From Rubripirellula sp. (GTDB lineage Bacteria > Planctomycetota > Planctomycetia > Pirellulales > Pirellulaceae), in NCBI GenBank assembly GCA_965216875.1, contig OZ244207.1, positions 7,072,001-7,136,000 on the forward strand: a stretch of 64,000 nucleotides of DNA. The letters run 5' to 3'. A program made the translations under genes and the position numbers. Positions 10,153-20,439 of this stretch are shown in pieces (the first letter of the stretch is position 1; the number at the start of each line of letters is the position of its first letter). Under the pieces are notes generated by a model. It was not told the DNA's origin. It was given only the letters and a program-made list of their open reading frames with translations, and did not search any database.

Positions 10153-10764
10153 TCAAATGAACCCAACAAATTCGCGAAGTCGCGCTAAAACGCGAAATTT
10201 TGCCTGTCGAACGGCAGCCGGGGTCATGTCGAGACGTTTGACAATCTCGGGTGTCGAGAGGTCCTCGACCGCCGAAAGCCAAAAGGCCTGCCAGGTGTGT
10301 TCTTCGAAATCGCCGCGAATCAGCTCTGCGGCTCGGCGAACCACCTCGGCTTCTGCCGAATCGTCGACAGGACATTCTTCGTCGTCGATCCAGTCAGGAA
10401 CCTGTGTCAGTAGTCCCTGGACGCCCGATCCGCCAAGTACGGCGGGACCCGAAACGCGTTTCTTGAAGAACTTGCTCAGTTCGTGTCGGGTGATCGTCCA
10501 CAACCAGCCACGAAAGCTGTGACCTTGGCCGCCAAACTTCAGCCCATCGACGCCAGCGGCCACGCAGCGAAAGACATCTTGAGTGACATCGGCCGCGTCA
10601 GCTTCTTGTAAGTGGGCCCGGCGGCACCACGAGTAAATCAAGGGTGTGTAGAGGTGAACGAAGCGCTTCCAGCCTTCAGAGTCGCCCTCCTTCATGTCCC
10701 GGAGCATTCCGATGGAAGTTTCCCATCCGGAAGATCCTGTCGATCGTGAACTCAAGTCACCCAT
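10153..10764 (-). CDS. ECF RNA polymerase sigma-70 factor (planctomycete kinase-associated type)
   Basis: Region 2: WKRFVHLYTPLIYSW..DAADVTQDVF..SFRGWLWTITR. Region 4 HTH: TWQAFW..TPEIVKRLDMTPAAVRQAKFRVLARLRE. Confidence 0.92.
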   Translation of the reverse strand: MGDLSSRSTGSSGWETSIGMLRDMKEGDSEGWKRFVHLYTPLIYSWCRRAHLQEADAADVTQDVFRCVAAGVDGLKFGGQGHSFRGWLWTITRHELSKFFKKRVSGPAVLGGSGVQGLLTQVPDWIDDEECPVDDSAEAEVVRRAAELIRGDFEEHTWQAFWLSAVEDLSTPEIVKRLDMTPAAVRQAKFRVLARLREFVGFI

Positions 10765-11174
10765 GCCCGTTCAGTAGAAGCTCCGTGGCTGCAAGTCTTG
10801 GATGGTTCGTAGGTTAGTGTCAAACAAGCCTGCTGGCAATCATGAAGAATGCTCGGGGGTGTTCGGCATCCCTACGGGGTTGGTGCGGGATAGCGACCGC
10901 AATTGCATTGGCGGACACATTCTTAAACGAAGTTACGTAGAACATCGCGTTTTACGAACAGAATTCCCGCGAGGGCTCGCCGCGAAAAACAAAGATTCGA
11001 TTTTTGCGTAACGCCCGTGCACTTATAGCTAGCGAGCGGAATTACTCACGACTGATGGGAGCGACCCGCGAGCGACCAGCCGAATCTGTGAAGCCAATTT
11101 CAGGCAGTGATTGGCGGCACAACCGAAGTTGGTCACACGCGCAGGCACCCATCTCCAGAGGATTCCTCATTAAG

Positions 11175-11240
11175 CCAGTGGCGATGGAACTGGTGGGTTT
11201 GCCCCACTCACCAAAACACCATCGTCCCTGGTTTTTTTTT
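11175..11240 (+). terminator. Long hairpin followed by T9 (intrinsic terminator-like)
   Basis: CCAGTGGCGATGG..TGGTGGGT/ACTCACCA..CCATCGTCCCTGG followed by TTTTTTTTT. Confidence 0.55.
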
Positions 11241-11354
11241 GCGCGGGCAACAGCTGTGCCGCCGGCCGTGAGGCCTCGGGATCAATAAGGGAAAGGCCCG
11301 ACCCGAACGCGTTTGGCTGGCAAAAAACTCCACAGCCTCGGCGCCGTGCTCATC

Positions 11355-11969
11355 CTACTGGGCATCGAGTAGCGGGAGTTCATCGTCGGTGCGGCGCGTC
11401 ATGCCCTGTTTGAAGTGGTGGCGACAAACCGAAAGGTAGCGTTCGTTCCCGCCAATCTGGACCTGCCGCCCATCCTTGATTGGGTTGCCGTCGGCATCGA
11501 TCCGCAGCACCATCGTCGCCTTGCGTCCGCAGTGGCAGATGGTTTTGATTTCGGTCAGCGTGTCGGCCCAAGCCAGCAGGTGTTGGCTGCCCTCGAAGAG
11601 GTTGCCTTGAAAATCGGTTCGCAGTCCGTAGGCGAGGACTGGAATCTCGTCGGCATCACAGACGTCGCTCAACTGGCGCACCTGCAACTTGGTCAAGAAT
11701 TGGGCTTCGTCAACGAGCACGCAGTGGACGGGTTGGCTTTCAGACTGCTCTCGGACAATCGAACGCAGGTTGTCGGCGGTGTTGAACGTGACCGCTTCGG
11801 CCTCGATACCGATGCGTGAGGTCACTTTGCCAGCTTTGTAGCGCACGTCGATCTCCGGAAGCAGGATCAAGGTGTTCATGCCGCGTTCGCGGTAGTTGTA
11901 GCTGGACTGAAGCAGGATCGTCGACTTACCGGCGTTCATCGCCGAATAGTAAAAGTAAAGCTTGGCCAT
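11355..11969 (-). CDS. tdk: Thymidine kinase
   Basis: [53 protein letters not shown]. Confidence 0.97.
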   Translation of the reverse strand: MAKLYFYYSAMNAGKSTILLQSSYNYRERGMNTLILLPEIDVRYKAGKVTSRIGIEAEAVTFNTADNLRSIVREQSESQPVHCVLVDEAQFLTKLQVRQLSDVCDADEIPVLAYGLRTDFQGNLFEGSQHLLAWADTLTEIKTICHCGRKATMVLRIDADGNPIKDGRQVQIGGNERYLSVCRHHFKQGMTRRTDDELPLLDAQ

Positions 11970-12117
11970 TTGCCTCGGGGAACGACGACGTTCCCGACGT
12001 CACGATTGGTTTGAGTTAGAATCTGAAATCTTTGCCGCTGGCTTGCTGTAGAGATTATCGAAAGAGCTCGGCGAACGATCGTTTTCACAGCGAACAAAGC
12101 AAGGGCTCGGTTTGCCT

Positions 12118-12174
12118 AAATGTAGCGGGCCAGCACAAATGTACCGGGCCAGCTCAAATGTACCGGGCAGGCCC
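12118..12174. repeat. 19-bp tandem repeat x3 in divergent intergenic region
   Basis: AAATGTAGCGGGCCAGCAC / AAATGTACCGGGCCAGCTC / AAATGTACCGGGCAGGCCC. Confidence 0.8.
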
Positions 12175-12210
12175 AATCGTCGCCAATCACCATACCGAGG
12201 GAAGTAGATC

Positions 12211-13356
12211 ATGCGGTTCGTCAATGTCATGTCTTCCGCCGCACTGGCCACCCTTCTAGCGACTTGCACGAGCCAATGCTTGGCCGAGGGCTGGAAAAAG
12301 CACGTGGTCTACGAAGGAAGTGAAACGCTGACCGCTGTGGGTGGTGACTTTACCGGCGATGGGATTCCTGACGTGATCGCCGATAGTGGAAGCGTGACAC
12401 GTTTGTTTGTCGCCCCCGATTGGGACGAAGTCGTCCTTGATGATCATGCGGAAGTCAAAACCTACATTCACAGCGAATTGTTCGACGTCGATGGTGATGG
12501 CGACCTTGATTACATCGGTGCACGCTACAACCCCGGTCTGATCGTTTGGTTGGAGCGTCCCGAAAAACCGCTGACGCAACGATGGAAGAAGCGTTTGGTT
12601 GATGATCAAGTTCACGGGATTCACGGCTTGATCAAGGGTGACATCGATGGCGATGGCAAGTTTGATTTGCTGGCGACAAGTGCTCAACCCAAACCGCCCC
12701 ACCCCGAGTCGCTCGCTTGGTTCCGCGTTCCCAGCAAGGTGAAAGCGGCTGAGCGCTGGGAGCGGCACGTGTTCGCAGGATCGGACGCGCCCGGATTGAC
12801 GCACTATCTTGGCGTCGGAGACGTTGATGGCGATGGGAAGATGGACGCTGCCACGGGCGCCAAGGGTGGGCCGTCAGCGACATCGACCGGAGAGTGGTTT
12901 GCGTGGTGGCGGCAGGGCGACAGTGAGCCGTGGGTCAAAGAAATGATCAGCGACAGCGAACCTGGTGCGACCAACATTCACCCCGCCGATGTCGATGGCG
13001 ATGGAAGGATGGACTTCATTGCCTCACGTGGTCATGGCAACGGAGTGATCTGGTTCGAGGCACCTGATTGGAAGCGTCACGACATTGATGCTGCGATCCA
13101 AGAACCGCACAGCCTGGTGGTGACTGACATGGATGGCGACGGTGACGTCGATGCGGCGACATGCGCCTTCGGCAGCGAGCGATGTTCGTGGTACGAAAAC
13201 GATGGCGACGGCAATTTCAAAATTCACGTCGTCGGTGAAAACCAACAAGCCTATGACATCCGTGCCGTCGACATGGACGTCGATGGAGACCTTGACCTTC
13301 TCGTTGCTGGCCGTCGAACAGGGAACGTTGTCTGGTACGCAAACCCGACGAAGTAG
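12211..13356 (+). CDS. Exported FG-GAP/VCBS-repeat beta-propeller protein
   Basis: Signal peptide and seven DxDGDGxxD-type repeats. Confidence 0.9.
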   Translation: MRFVNVMSSAALATLLATCTSQCLAEGWKKHVVYEGSETLTAVGGDFTGDGIPDVIADSGSVTRLFVAPDWDEVVLDDHAEVKTYIHSELFDVDGDGDLDYIGARYNPGLIVWLERPEKPLTQRWKKRLVDDQVHGIHGLIKGDIDGDGKFDLLATSAQPKPPHPESLAWFRVPSKVKAAERWERHVFAGSDAPGLTHYLGVGDVDGDGKMDAATGAKGGPSATSTGEWFAWWRQGDSEPWVKEMISDSEPGATNIHPADVDGDGRMDFIASRGHGNGVIWFEAPDWKRHDIDAAIQEPHSLVVTDMDGDGDVDAATCAFGSERCSWYENDGDGNFKIHVVGENQQAYDIRAVDMDVDGDLDLLVAGRRTGNVVWYANPTK

Positions 13357-13379
13357 GCGTTCAACGCGGCGACGACGAT

Positions 13380-13461
13380 CAGCCGCAACGCGATAGCGTG
13401 CGGTTACCACTCATCCCCATCACCGCTCGTCACGAAACCGCACGCTATCGCATTGCGGCTG
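13380..13461. repeat. Inverted doublet of REP family E between convergent genes
   Basis: CAGCCGCAACGCGATAGCGTGCGGTT ... AACCGCACGCTATCGCATTGCGGCTG. Confidence 0.85.
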
Positions 13462-13521
13462 ATGAGCAGCGGGGCGATTGGCAGAAGCCAGCCATCGAAT
13501 CACACCTTCTTCAAGCGACGA

Positions 13522-15612
13522 CTACTTCGCTTGAAGCCTGCGCATCACTTCTTTTCCATAAACTTCACTGGGGTCACCCGCGTTTGGAGGTAGAACAACC
13601 TGCACCTCGCCGACCTGCTGTGAGGCCATCAGCAACAGTTGCGGCATTTGAACGAATCGGCTGACGTTCAACAGATCGGGTGCGACTCGATTGCTGGTCG
13701 GTAGATTGACGAGCACAAGTTGGTTGATGTTCGGCTCAAACAGCGAAGCATGGAGTGCCCAGAATGCTGATTCGCCGTCGCCAAACAACACACGCGGAAC
13801 TTTTTCAAAACCGTCGAGCGAAGCGAGAGCTTGCATCGCTCGACGGACGTCCCAGATTTGCATCGTCGCCGCGGTCTGCCCCAACTGCATGAAACGGCGG
13901 CGGATATGCGTGTTGGCTCGCTCGTCATCATCCCACTGAGTCAATCCGACGCCGCGCGGCGCGAAATAGACGTACACGTTGTCGGTGTTGCGGACTTGAT
14001 TGGCGAGGCGTTGCCATGATTCGAAGTGATGGTCGCCAATGCCTAGGTGGTCAGTGGCTAGGTGGTCGGGCCAGACGGTGGCGAGCGTCCCAGCGGTTGG
14101 AGCCCAAACCTGTTGGTCCACGACCGTAAGAATGATCTGTTTGGGCTTTGCTTCTGAGTCTGCTTTGCGAAACGCATAGAGCGTCAAACGGTACGGTTCT
14201 TGGCTATCGAATTCGATCCGCTCGGCGATCACACCGTCGCGGCGAATCGTCGAGACGACCTTGGCATTGAGTGGCGTGACATCCGTTCCGCGCGGCCAAC
14301 CACCGTAGGTCTTTTCGGTAAGTTGATTGAGCCAAACCTCGCATTGCGACGCCAATTCGCTTTCATCAGGGACGAATGCAGGGTCGGCTTGTGGCACAAA
14401 TGTCTCGTGGACCTTGGTGACGATCTCATCCTCAGGCAGTTCGTTCTCAAAGACTTTCAGCTGCTTGGGTTCGAAGTACTTCCCGGCTGTCTTTTCCACC
14501 AGTGTGTCGTCATCACGCAGGTGCCGATTGAACCAGCGAAACGCATGAATGCGCAGTTCTTGAGTGTCTTTGTGGGGGCCTTCGGTGATGTGCAGTCCAA
14601 GCTTGCCCTGTTCTCCGTAAAGGTCGTACACCTTGCGGACCTTGGCATGGACATCGACGACGCCTTCGAGCGGGAAAATGCGGTCTTTGTCGGTGTTCGA
14701 AATCAGGAGTGGCCGCGGCGCGACGAGCGCCGCAACCATTGGGTAGTCCCAACGGAATGTGTTGACCATGAACATGCAGTCGCAGTGGCCTTCAACGCAG
14801 CCATCGACGACATGGTTTTCGAGGCTTGTGATCCCCGCGACGGGAACCGCGCATTTGACCCGTTCATCGAGCGCCGCGACCCACCACGAATAGGCCCCGC
14901 CCCCGCTGCGCCCGGTGACTCCGATCCGATCTTTGTCGACCTCGGGGCGCGATTCCAGGTAATCAATGGCGCGAATGCCGTTCCACGCTTCGACGCCAGC
15001 CGGAGTGTAGCCGCGGTTGTTCCACCACCACATCTTTTCGCGATAGGTGCCATGGTGCAGCCCTTCGATTTCGCCAAGTTGAATCGTGTCGATCGTCAGG
15101 CAAACGTACCCGTTTCGAGCGAACCAACTGCCGTGATGGTGGTAGTGCACCTTGTTGCCGTAGCTGACGCCATCTTCTTTGACCCGTCCGTGGCCACAAA
15201 CGTAAAGAATGGCGGGCAGGGGTTCGTCCTGTTTCTTGGGGCGATAGAGATTGCCGGTTACATAGAGTCCAGGGCGTGATTGAAAGTGCAGACGCTCAAC
15301 GACAAACGTGTCTTCTTCAGTCGTGCCTGTGATTGTCGCCTTGAGCGGCGTTCGCTTGGCCAGCGGATCGAGTCCGAGCATATCGAAGAGTTGTTCTCGA
15401 TATTGGCCGCGGCGTCGTTGCCAATCGTCAAGTGTATCGATGTCCGAGAAGGTGGTTTTGGTAATGGCTTCCGTTTGAGCGCGGAAGTATTCGGTCACCA
15501 GTTCGTCGCCCCGTGCTGTCGTGGGTGACGTTTGCGCGTGTGCGGTGAGACCCAGCAACAGGGTGATCGCGAAAGAAATGCCAGCAGTGGCGAGGTGGGA
15601 AATGCGACGCAT
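13522..15612 (-). CDS. Exported alpha/beta hydrolase (acetylxylan esterase/dienelactone hydrolase-like), two-domain
   Basis: Signal peptide, PAILYVCGH, nucleophile elbow IGVTGRSGGG, DRIFP, GPHKD. Confidence 0.88.
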   Translation of the reverse strand: MRRISHLATAGISFAITLLLGLTAHAQTSPTTARGDELVTEYFRAQTEAITKTTFSDIDTLDDWQRRRGQYREQLFDMLGLDPLAKRTPLKATITGTTEEDTFVVERLHFQSRPGLYVTGNLYRPKKQDEPLPAILYVCGHGRVKEDGVSYGNKVHYHHHGSWFARNGYVCLTIDTIQLGEIEGLHHGTYREKMWWWNNRGYTPAGVEAWNGIRAIDYLESRPEVDKDRIGVTGRSGGGAYSWWVAALDERVKCAVPVAGITSLENHVVDGCVEGHCDCMFMVNTFRWDYPMVAALVAPRPLLISNTDKDRIFPLEGVVDVHAKVRKVYDLYGEQGKLGLHITEGPHKDTQELRIHAFRWFNRHLRDDDTLVEKTAGKYFEPKQLKVFENELPEDEIVTKVHETFVPQADPAFVPDESELASQCEVWLNQLTEKTYGGWPRGTDVTPLNAKVVSTIRRDGVIAERIEFDSQEPYRLTLYAFRKADSEAKPKQIILTVVDQQVWAPTAGTLATVWPDHLATDHLGIGDHHFESWQRLANQVRNTDNVYVYFAPRGVGLTQWDDDERANTHIRRRFMQLGQTAATMQIWDVRRAMQALASLDGFEKVPRVLFGDGESAFWALHASLFEPNINQLVLVNLPTSNRVAPDLLNVSRFVQMPQLLLMASQQVGEVQVVLPPNAGDPSEVYGKEVMRRLQAK

Positions 15613-15699
15613 CTTGTCCGCCTGTCTTGGAGGTGGGGTTCAAAGACAAGCAAATATCATAGTCGTTGGTCATGGTCCGCATGACGTGCATTCGCAGCC

Positions 15700-15775
15700 C
15701 GTAGCTACCTTCGCCAGAAGGTGGTTGCCATTGGTGAACCACTTTCCGTCATCACCACGCTCTGGCGAGCGTAGG
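15700..15775. repeat. Inverted doublet of REP family B
   Basis: CGTAGCTACCTTCGCCAGAAGGTGGT ... ACCACGCTCTGGCGAGCGTAG. Confidence 0.85.
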
Positions 15776-15786
15776 AACGAGAGTGT

Positions 15787-17067
15787 TTACAGCTCGAGAA
15801 ACAGTCGCGCGGGGTCTTCGATGGTTTCTTTGATCGTTCGCAAGAAACCGACCGCTTCGCGTCCGTCGACAATGCGATGGTCGTAGGTCAATGCGACATA
15901 CATCATCGGTCGAATCACAACGTTGCCATCGATGGCAACGGGACGTTCTTGGATCGAATGCAGACCGAGGATCCCACTTTGTGGTGGATTGACGATAGGC
16001 GTGCTCAGCAGCGAACCGTAGACACCACCGTTGCTGATCGTGAACGTGCCACCGATCAAGTCTTCGGGTTGCAGTCGATTCTCGCCAGCTTGTCGCGCGA
16101 AGTCACTGATCGTCGCTTCGACATTTGCAAAGGACATGCGTTCGACGTTTCGCAAGACGGGGACCACGAGTCCCTTGCCGCCACCAATCGCGATTCCGAT
16201 GTCGTGGTAATGCCGATAGACGATGTTGTCATCTCGGATTTCGGCATTGACGGCGGGATAGCGACGCAGTGCTTCGACCGTGGCCTTGGCAAAGAACGAC
16301 ATGAAGCCAAGTTTGACGCCGTGTCGCTCGGCAAACTTGTCTTTGTATTTTTTCCGAATCGCCATGACTGGTTGCATGTCGATCTCGTTGAATGTGGTCA
16401 GCAACGCGGCAGTCTGCTGTGCTTGCACCAATCGGGATGCGATGGTGCGCCGCAACATGCTCAGCGGTTTGACCTCTTCGCTTCGCAGCGCCGATCCGTC
16501 GGTGACCAACGAAGTTTCGGCGACGGACCTTGCAGCGGGAGGTGCGGGGGCAGCCGGAGGTGCAGGCGCGGCTGCGGGTGGCGCTGATGTTTTTGGTTTG
16601 TTGGCCAAGAAGCGAAGCACATCTTCTTTGAGCAACCGTCCGCCGGGACCGGTCGCCGGAACGTCACTGGCGCTCAGCTGGTTCTCTTCGAGCAATCGTC
16701 GTGCGGCAGGCATCACCAAAGTTGCTTTGCCACCTGTCGGTGCTTCACTTGCCGCGGGAGCGTTGGACGCAGGTGCGGAGGCCGCCGGCGCAGGTGCGGA
16801 CGATTCGCCGCTTGCGGGTTGTTCTGCGACCTGGATGCTCGCGATCACATCTCCAACTGCCGCAAAGTCTTCTTCGTTTTTGGTGATCTGTTGTAGAAAG
16901 CCGGAAGCGGGCGACGGGATTTGGACGGAGGCCTTTTCGGTTTCGATCTCGACCAAGTCTTCGCCCGAGGCGACCCAGTCACCTTCGGATTTCAACCACG
17001 TGCCAATTTGAACTTCGCTGATCGATTCCCCTACGGTGGGAACTTCGACGGGAATGACTTCGCTCAC
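15787..17067 (-). CDS. sucB: 2-oxoglutarate dehydrogenase E2, dihydrolipoyllysine succinyltransferase
   Basis: Lipoyl domain [19 protein letters not shown]3-binding [21 protein letters not shown], catalytic [12 protein letters not shown] start at 17067. Confidence 0.95.
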   Translation of the reverse strand: MSEVIPVEVPTVGESISEVQIGTWLKSEGDWVASGEDLVEIETEKASVQIPSPASGFLQQITKNEEDFAAVGDVIASIQVAEQPASGESSAPAPAASAPASNAPAASEAPTGGKATLVMPAARRLLEENQLSASDVPATGPGGRLLKEDVLRFLANKPKTSAPPAAAPAPPAAPAPPAARSVAETSLVTDGSALRSEEVKPLSMLRRTIASRLVQAQQTAALLTTFNEIDMQPVMAIRKKYKDKFAERHGVKLGFMSFFAKATVEALRRYPAVNAEIRDDNIVYRHYHDIGIAIGGGKGLVVPVLRNVERMSFANVEATISDFARQAGENRLQPEDLIGGTFTISNGGVYGSLLSTPIVNPPQSGILGLHSIQERPVAIDGNVVIRPMMYVALTYDHRIVDGREAVGFLRTIKETIEDPARLFLEL

Positions 17068-17412
17068 GAGACTTTTTCGCTGCGTATTTTGATGAATGGG
17101 TTTTCGTTGGGCGTTCAAGATACCGCCAATTGGTTCACTCTGGCAGGGAGGCACTCGCAGAGAGCAGCTTGGCCCACAGAGACGCGATTTTCATAGGCAC
17201 AGGGGCAAGTTTGACGGGACGAGAAGATTTGCGGTTTTTGAGGTCTGGGGCAGCTGGCGCGAACACTCGACAGGCAACGGGGCAAACCGTCCGAATCTGG
17301 CGCAGCTGGCTGGCCCCCGCGCTGCCCCTTGATCGATTTCTACCAAGTGTGGACGACCCCAACGGGGCGTTCGAGAGGAATCGACCCGTAGATCACTCCG
17401 GTAAACAAACCG

Positions 17413-18501
17413 ATGTCAGAATCAGGCGAACGTGGCAATCCAATCCAGGCGGCAGTTGTCGTCCTGCTGTTGGTCGGCGGCGGCTGGTACTTCTTTCAGA
17501 ACTACAACATCAGCGGCCTCGATGGCGTTTCGGTCAGCCCCAAAGGTGAGGCCGCCGCGGAAGATCAGTCCTACATCAGCTATCGCGACAATTTCGACGA
17601 CTTTGCGTCGCAAGCCATCACCGCTAACTCCGATTCCGCGGCCCTCAGTCCAGAGAATCCGTTTACCGAAGCGAAGCAGAGCGGCGCAAGTCTCGTTGCG
17701 GCGACTCCCGTTGCCGCGCGGTCGTTCCAGCACATCAAGATCGCTTCCTGGGCGCTCGATGGTTTTGGACCAACCAAGTTGGCCAATCCGTCGGCACGAA
17801 AACACCTCGCTCAGGTCGTTCGTCAGTTCGACATCGTCGCGCTGCAACAGATTGCTTCGATCGAACGCGACCTTGTGCCACGTTTGGTCGACGCGATCAA
17901 CGAGGGTCAAAACAGGTACGACTACATACTTGGCAAATCGGTTGGTCCCAAAGATCGTCCCGAACAGCTGGCCTTCATTTTTGACACGACTTCCGTTCGA
18001 GTTGATCGACGCCAAACCTACACATTGGCGGATCCGAAGCAGCAGTTTGAATTTGATCCGCTTGTCGCTTGGTTCCGTGCGGCAAAACCCAATGCGGGTG
18101 AAGCTTGGACGTTTTCGCTGGTCAACGTTCGTATCGACCTTGCTCGCGCACCCGACGAAGTTGCGTTGTTGCCAAACATGATGGACGCAATTCGACAAGA
18201 TGGCCGCAATGAAGATGACGTCATCATGACGGGTTTGTTCCAGGCAGACGACTCCTACCTCGTGCCAACGATGGCGGATGAAGAAACCAAGGTCGCGGTA
18301 CGAAGTCTGCCGACCGACATCTTTGGCCGCTATCAAACCAGCAACATCCTTCTCGATGGTGCAACGACAAGCGAGTACCTTGGCCGTGGAGGCGCCTATG
18401 ACTTTCCACGCGTGTTGGGGCTGAACCTTGTCGAGGCCGAAACGGTGACCAGCCAATTGCCGGTCTATGCCGAGTTCACGGCCGTCGAAGGCGGACTATA
18501 A
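17413..18501 (+). CDS. Membrane-anchored endonuclease/exonuclease/phosphatase (DNase I-like) protein with degenerate active site
   Basis: N-terminal TM helix. EEP scaffold IKIASW.., FDIVALQQI, EQLAFIFD, EDDVIMTGLFQ and LPVYAEF, with the catalytic residues substituted. Confidence 0.8.
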   Translation: MSESGERGNPIQAAVVVLLLVGGGWYFFQNYNISGLDGVSVSPKGEAAAEDQSYISYRDNFDDFASQAITANSDSAALSPENPFTEAKQSGASLVAATPVAARSFQHIKIASWALDGFGPTKLANPSARKHLAQVVRQFDIVALQQIASIERDLVPRLVDAINEGQNRYDYILGKSVGPKDRPEQLAFIFDTTSVRVDRRQTYTLADPKQQFEFDPLVAWFRAAKPNAGEAWTFSLVNVRIDLARAPDEVALLPNMMDAIRQDGRNEDDVIMTGLFQADDSYLVPTMADEETKVAVRSLPTDIFGRYQTSNILLDGATTSEYLGRGGAYDFPRVLGLNLVEAETVTSQLPVYAEFTAVEGGL

Positions 18502-18528
18502 CCCTTCACGCGGGTCATCGGAAGCTGG

Positions 18529-19089
18529 TCAGCCTACACCGGCGACCTCGGCTGCTTTGTAAACGATGCGAGCACGTTTGAATCCGAGGCGCTCGTACAA
18601 CCGCACGGCACCGGTATTGTCGGTGGTCACTTCCAAGTGCATGCGTGTCATGCCCGCGATACGAAAACCGCGCGCCGCTTGAAACAGCAGGATCGATCCG
18701 AGCCCTCGGTCGCGATGGTTTCGGTCGACGCCAAGGTTCTGGATTGCGCCCCAGCCTTCGAGCTGCAATCCTTGAATCGTGCCCACGGGAAGCCAACGTC
18801 CGACTTCCGTATCGTGAAAGCGAAGCAGCCACGTTGCTTCGGGGACAAAGGCCGCTCGGGAGACGATCTCGCGCATTAGCCGCAGGCATCCGTCTCGGCG
18901 ACCGAGACAGGGAAACACGTTGGCGTCCAGCTCTTGTCGAAAGCTCTGATACTTGGCCGTTGCGTGTTCGCGAACCAAATGTTCCGAAAACGGGACCAGT
19001 TCGTACCCCTCGGGCAACGCTCGCTCGGAGGGCAGCGGTTGCGCCAAATCAAACTCCATTCGATATCGCTTGAAGTAGGTCAAGCCCAT
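18529..19089 (-). CDS. GNAT family N-acetyltransferase
   Basis: IQNLGVDRNHRDRGLG acetyl-CoA motif and LEVTTDNTGAVRLYERLGF. ATG at 19089. Confidence 0.92.
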   Translation of the reverse strand: MGLTYFKRYRMEFDLAQPLPSERALPEGYELVPFSEHLVREHATAKYQSFRQELDANVFPCLGRRDGCLRLMREIVSRAAFVPEATWLLRFHDTEVGRWLPVGTIQGLQLEGWGAIQNLGVDRNHRDRGLGSILLFQAARGFRIAGMTRMHLEVTTDNTGAVRLYERLGFKRARIVYKAAEVAGVG

Positions 19090-19440
19090 CGGTTGGTCCG
19101 TTCCGCGAAGTTGGGACTGAAAAGGGGGTAATACGGTAAGCCTAACATGTAGAGCCGAAAGGGCCAGTTTTTGGTTCGCGAAACCCCGATTTCGTCGGCT
19201 CGCGAATGGACGGGAATCTTGCCTTGACCGCCTCACACGGATGAAAACTGCCTGGGTAGCCGGGTCTGCTATAAACCCTCGGTCCTCAAACCTGCTAGCT
19301 CAAAGTATAAGTGCGTCAGAGTGTGGGGCCGACGAGGACCCTATTTCGGCGCGAGTACCCTCTTCCGGAGAACATCGCTGGTGAGAGTCCCGGCGGGATC
19401 GTGGCCTTCAGGACTCCTGTGAACTTAGCTTGTTTGAAAG

Positions 19441-20439
19441 ATGCACGAAGAGACAACGCCTTGCGACGAATCGAGTCAACTTGATGACCGGGAATCGTTC
19501 CCGGCCATCATCGACGACTGCGTCGTGCTGACTGGTCCGACGGCATCGGGAAAAAGCTCCGTCGCGATTTCACTTGCCAATCGTATCGACGGTGAGATCA
19601 TTTCGCTCGATTCGATTGCCGTTTATCGAATGATGGACATCGGAACGGCAAAGCCTAGCCTGGCGGAACAGCAAGCCGTTCCCCATCACATGATTGACGT
19701 GGTGGATGCCTGTGATGAGTACAGTGTTGCGATGTACCTCAAAGCGGCTCACGGAATCGTCAAAGAGATTCGTGACCGTGGCCGCAAGGCAATTTTCGTT
19801 GGCGGGACACCCATGTTCTTGAAGGGTGTCTTGCGAGGATTTGATCCCGGGCCGCCCGCCGATTGGGAGTTTCGCCAAGCGGTCGAGTCGGATGTTGAAA
19901 AGCACGGTGCCGAAGCGTTGCGTCGCCGACTTGAGCAGGTTGATCCGTTGGCTGCACATCGCATCGATCCCAACGACGTGCGGCGGATGATTCGCGCTTT
20001 GGAAGTCGCTCGTTCGACCGGAGTGCCAATGAGCCATCGTCAGATTCAGTTTGATCGTCAGCGTTCTGCCGACAGCTGTCATGTTTTCGCGATGGCTTGG
20101 CCGCGCGCGGAACTGCATGATCGGATCAACGAACGCGTCAAACGGATGTTCGACGATGGGTTGGTCGACGAGGTCAAGGGATTGCTTGACAAGTTTGGCA
20201 CCCTTTCAAGAACCGCGGCCCAAGCCGTCGGGTATCGCGAAGTCATCACCTATTTGAACGACGATGGTGATCTCGACCAGACCGTCGAAGAGGTCTCGGC
20301 ACACACTCGCCAGCTCGCGAGACGACAAGAAACCTGGTTTCGATCGTTCAGTGAGATTGAGCCGGTCGAGATTCAAGAGCCTATCGATGCGGAAGCGGTC
20401 GCCGACAAAATCGCTTCCCGTATCGAAGCTAAGTCATGA
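19441..20439 (+). CDS. miaA: tRNA (adenosine(37)-N6)-dimethylallyltransferase
   Basis: GPTASGKS, DSIAVYRMMDIGTAKP, VGGTPMF, RRMIRALEV, TRQLARRQETWF. Confidence 0.97.
   Translation: MHEETTPCDESSQLDDRESFPAIIDDCVVLTGPTASGKSSVAISLANRIDGEIISLDSIAVYRMMDIGTAKPSLAEQQAVPHHMIDVVDACDEYSVAMYLKAAHGIVKEIRDRGRKAIFVGGTPMFLKGVLRGFDPGPPADWEFRQAVESDVEKHGAEALRRRLEQVDPLAAHRIDPNDVRRMIRALEVARSTGVPMSHRQIQFDRQRSADSCHVFAMAWPRAELHDRINERVKRMFDDGLVDEVKGLLDKFGTLSRTAAQAVGYREVITYLNDDGDLDQTVEEVSAHTRQLARRQETWFRSFSEIEPVEIQEPIDAEAVADKIASRIEAKS

Noticed and set aside
15787..17067. sucB without adjacent sucA/lpd as a novelty
   Set aside because: Dispersed metabolic operons are common in planctomycetes and the protein looks canonical.
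19240..19440. Riboswitch or ncRNA upstream of miaA (GGTGAGAGTCC hairpin)
   Set aside because: Only one T-loop-like hairpin; the other conserved cobalamin/FMN riboswitch elements were not found. An Infernal search would be needed to revisit this.
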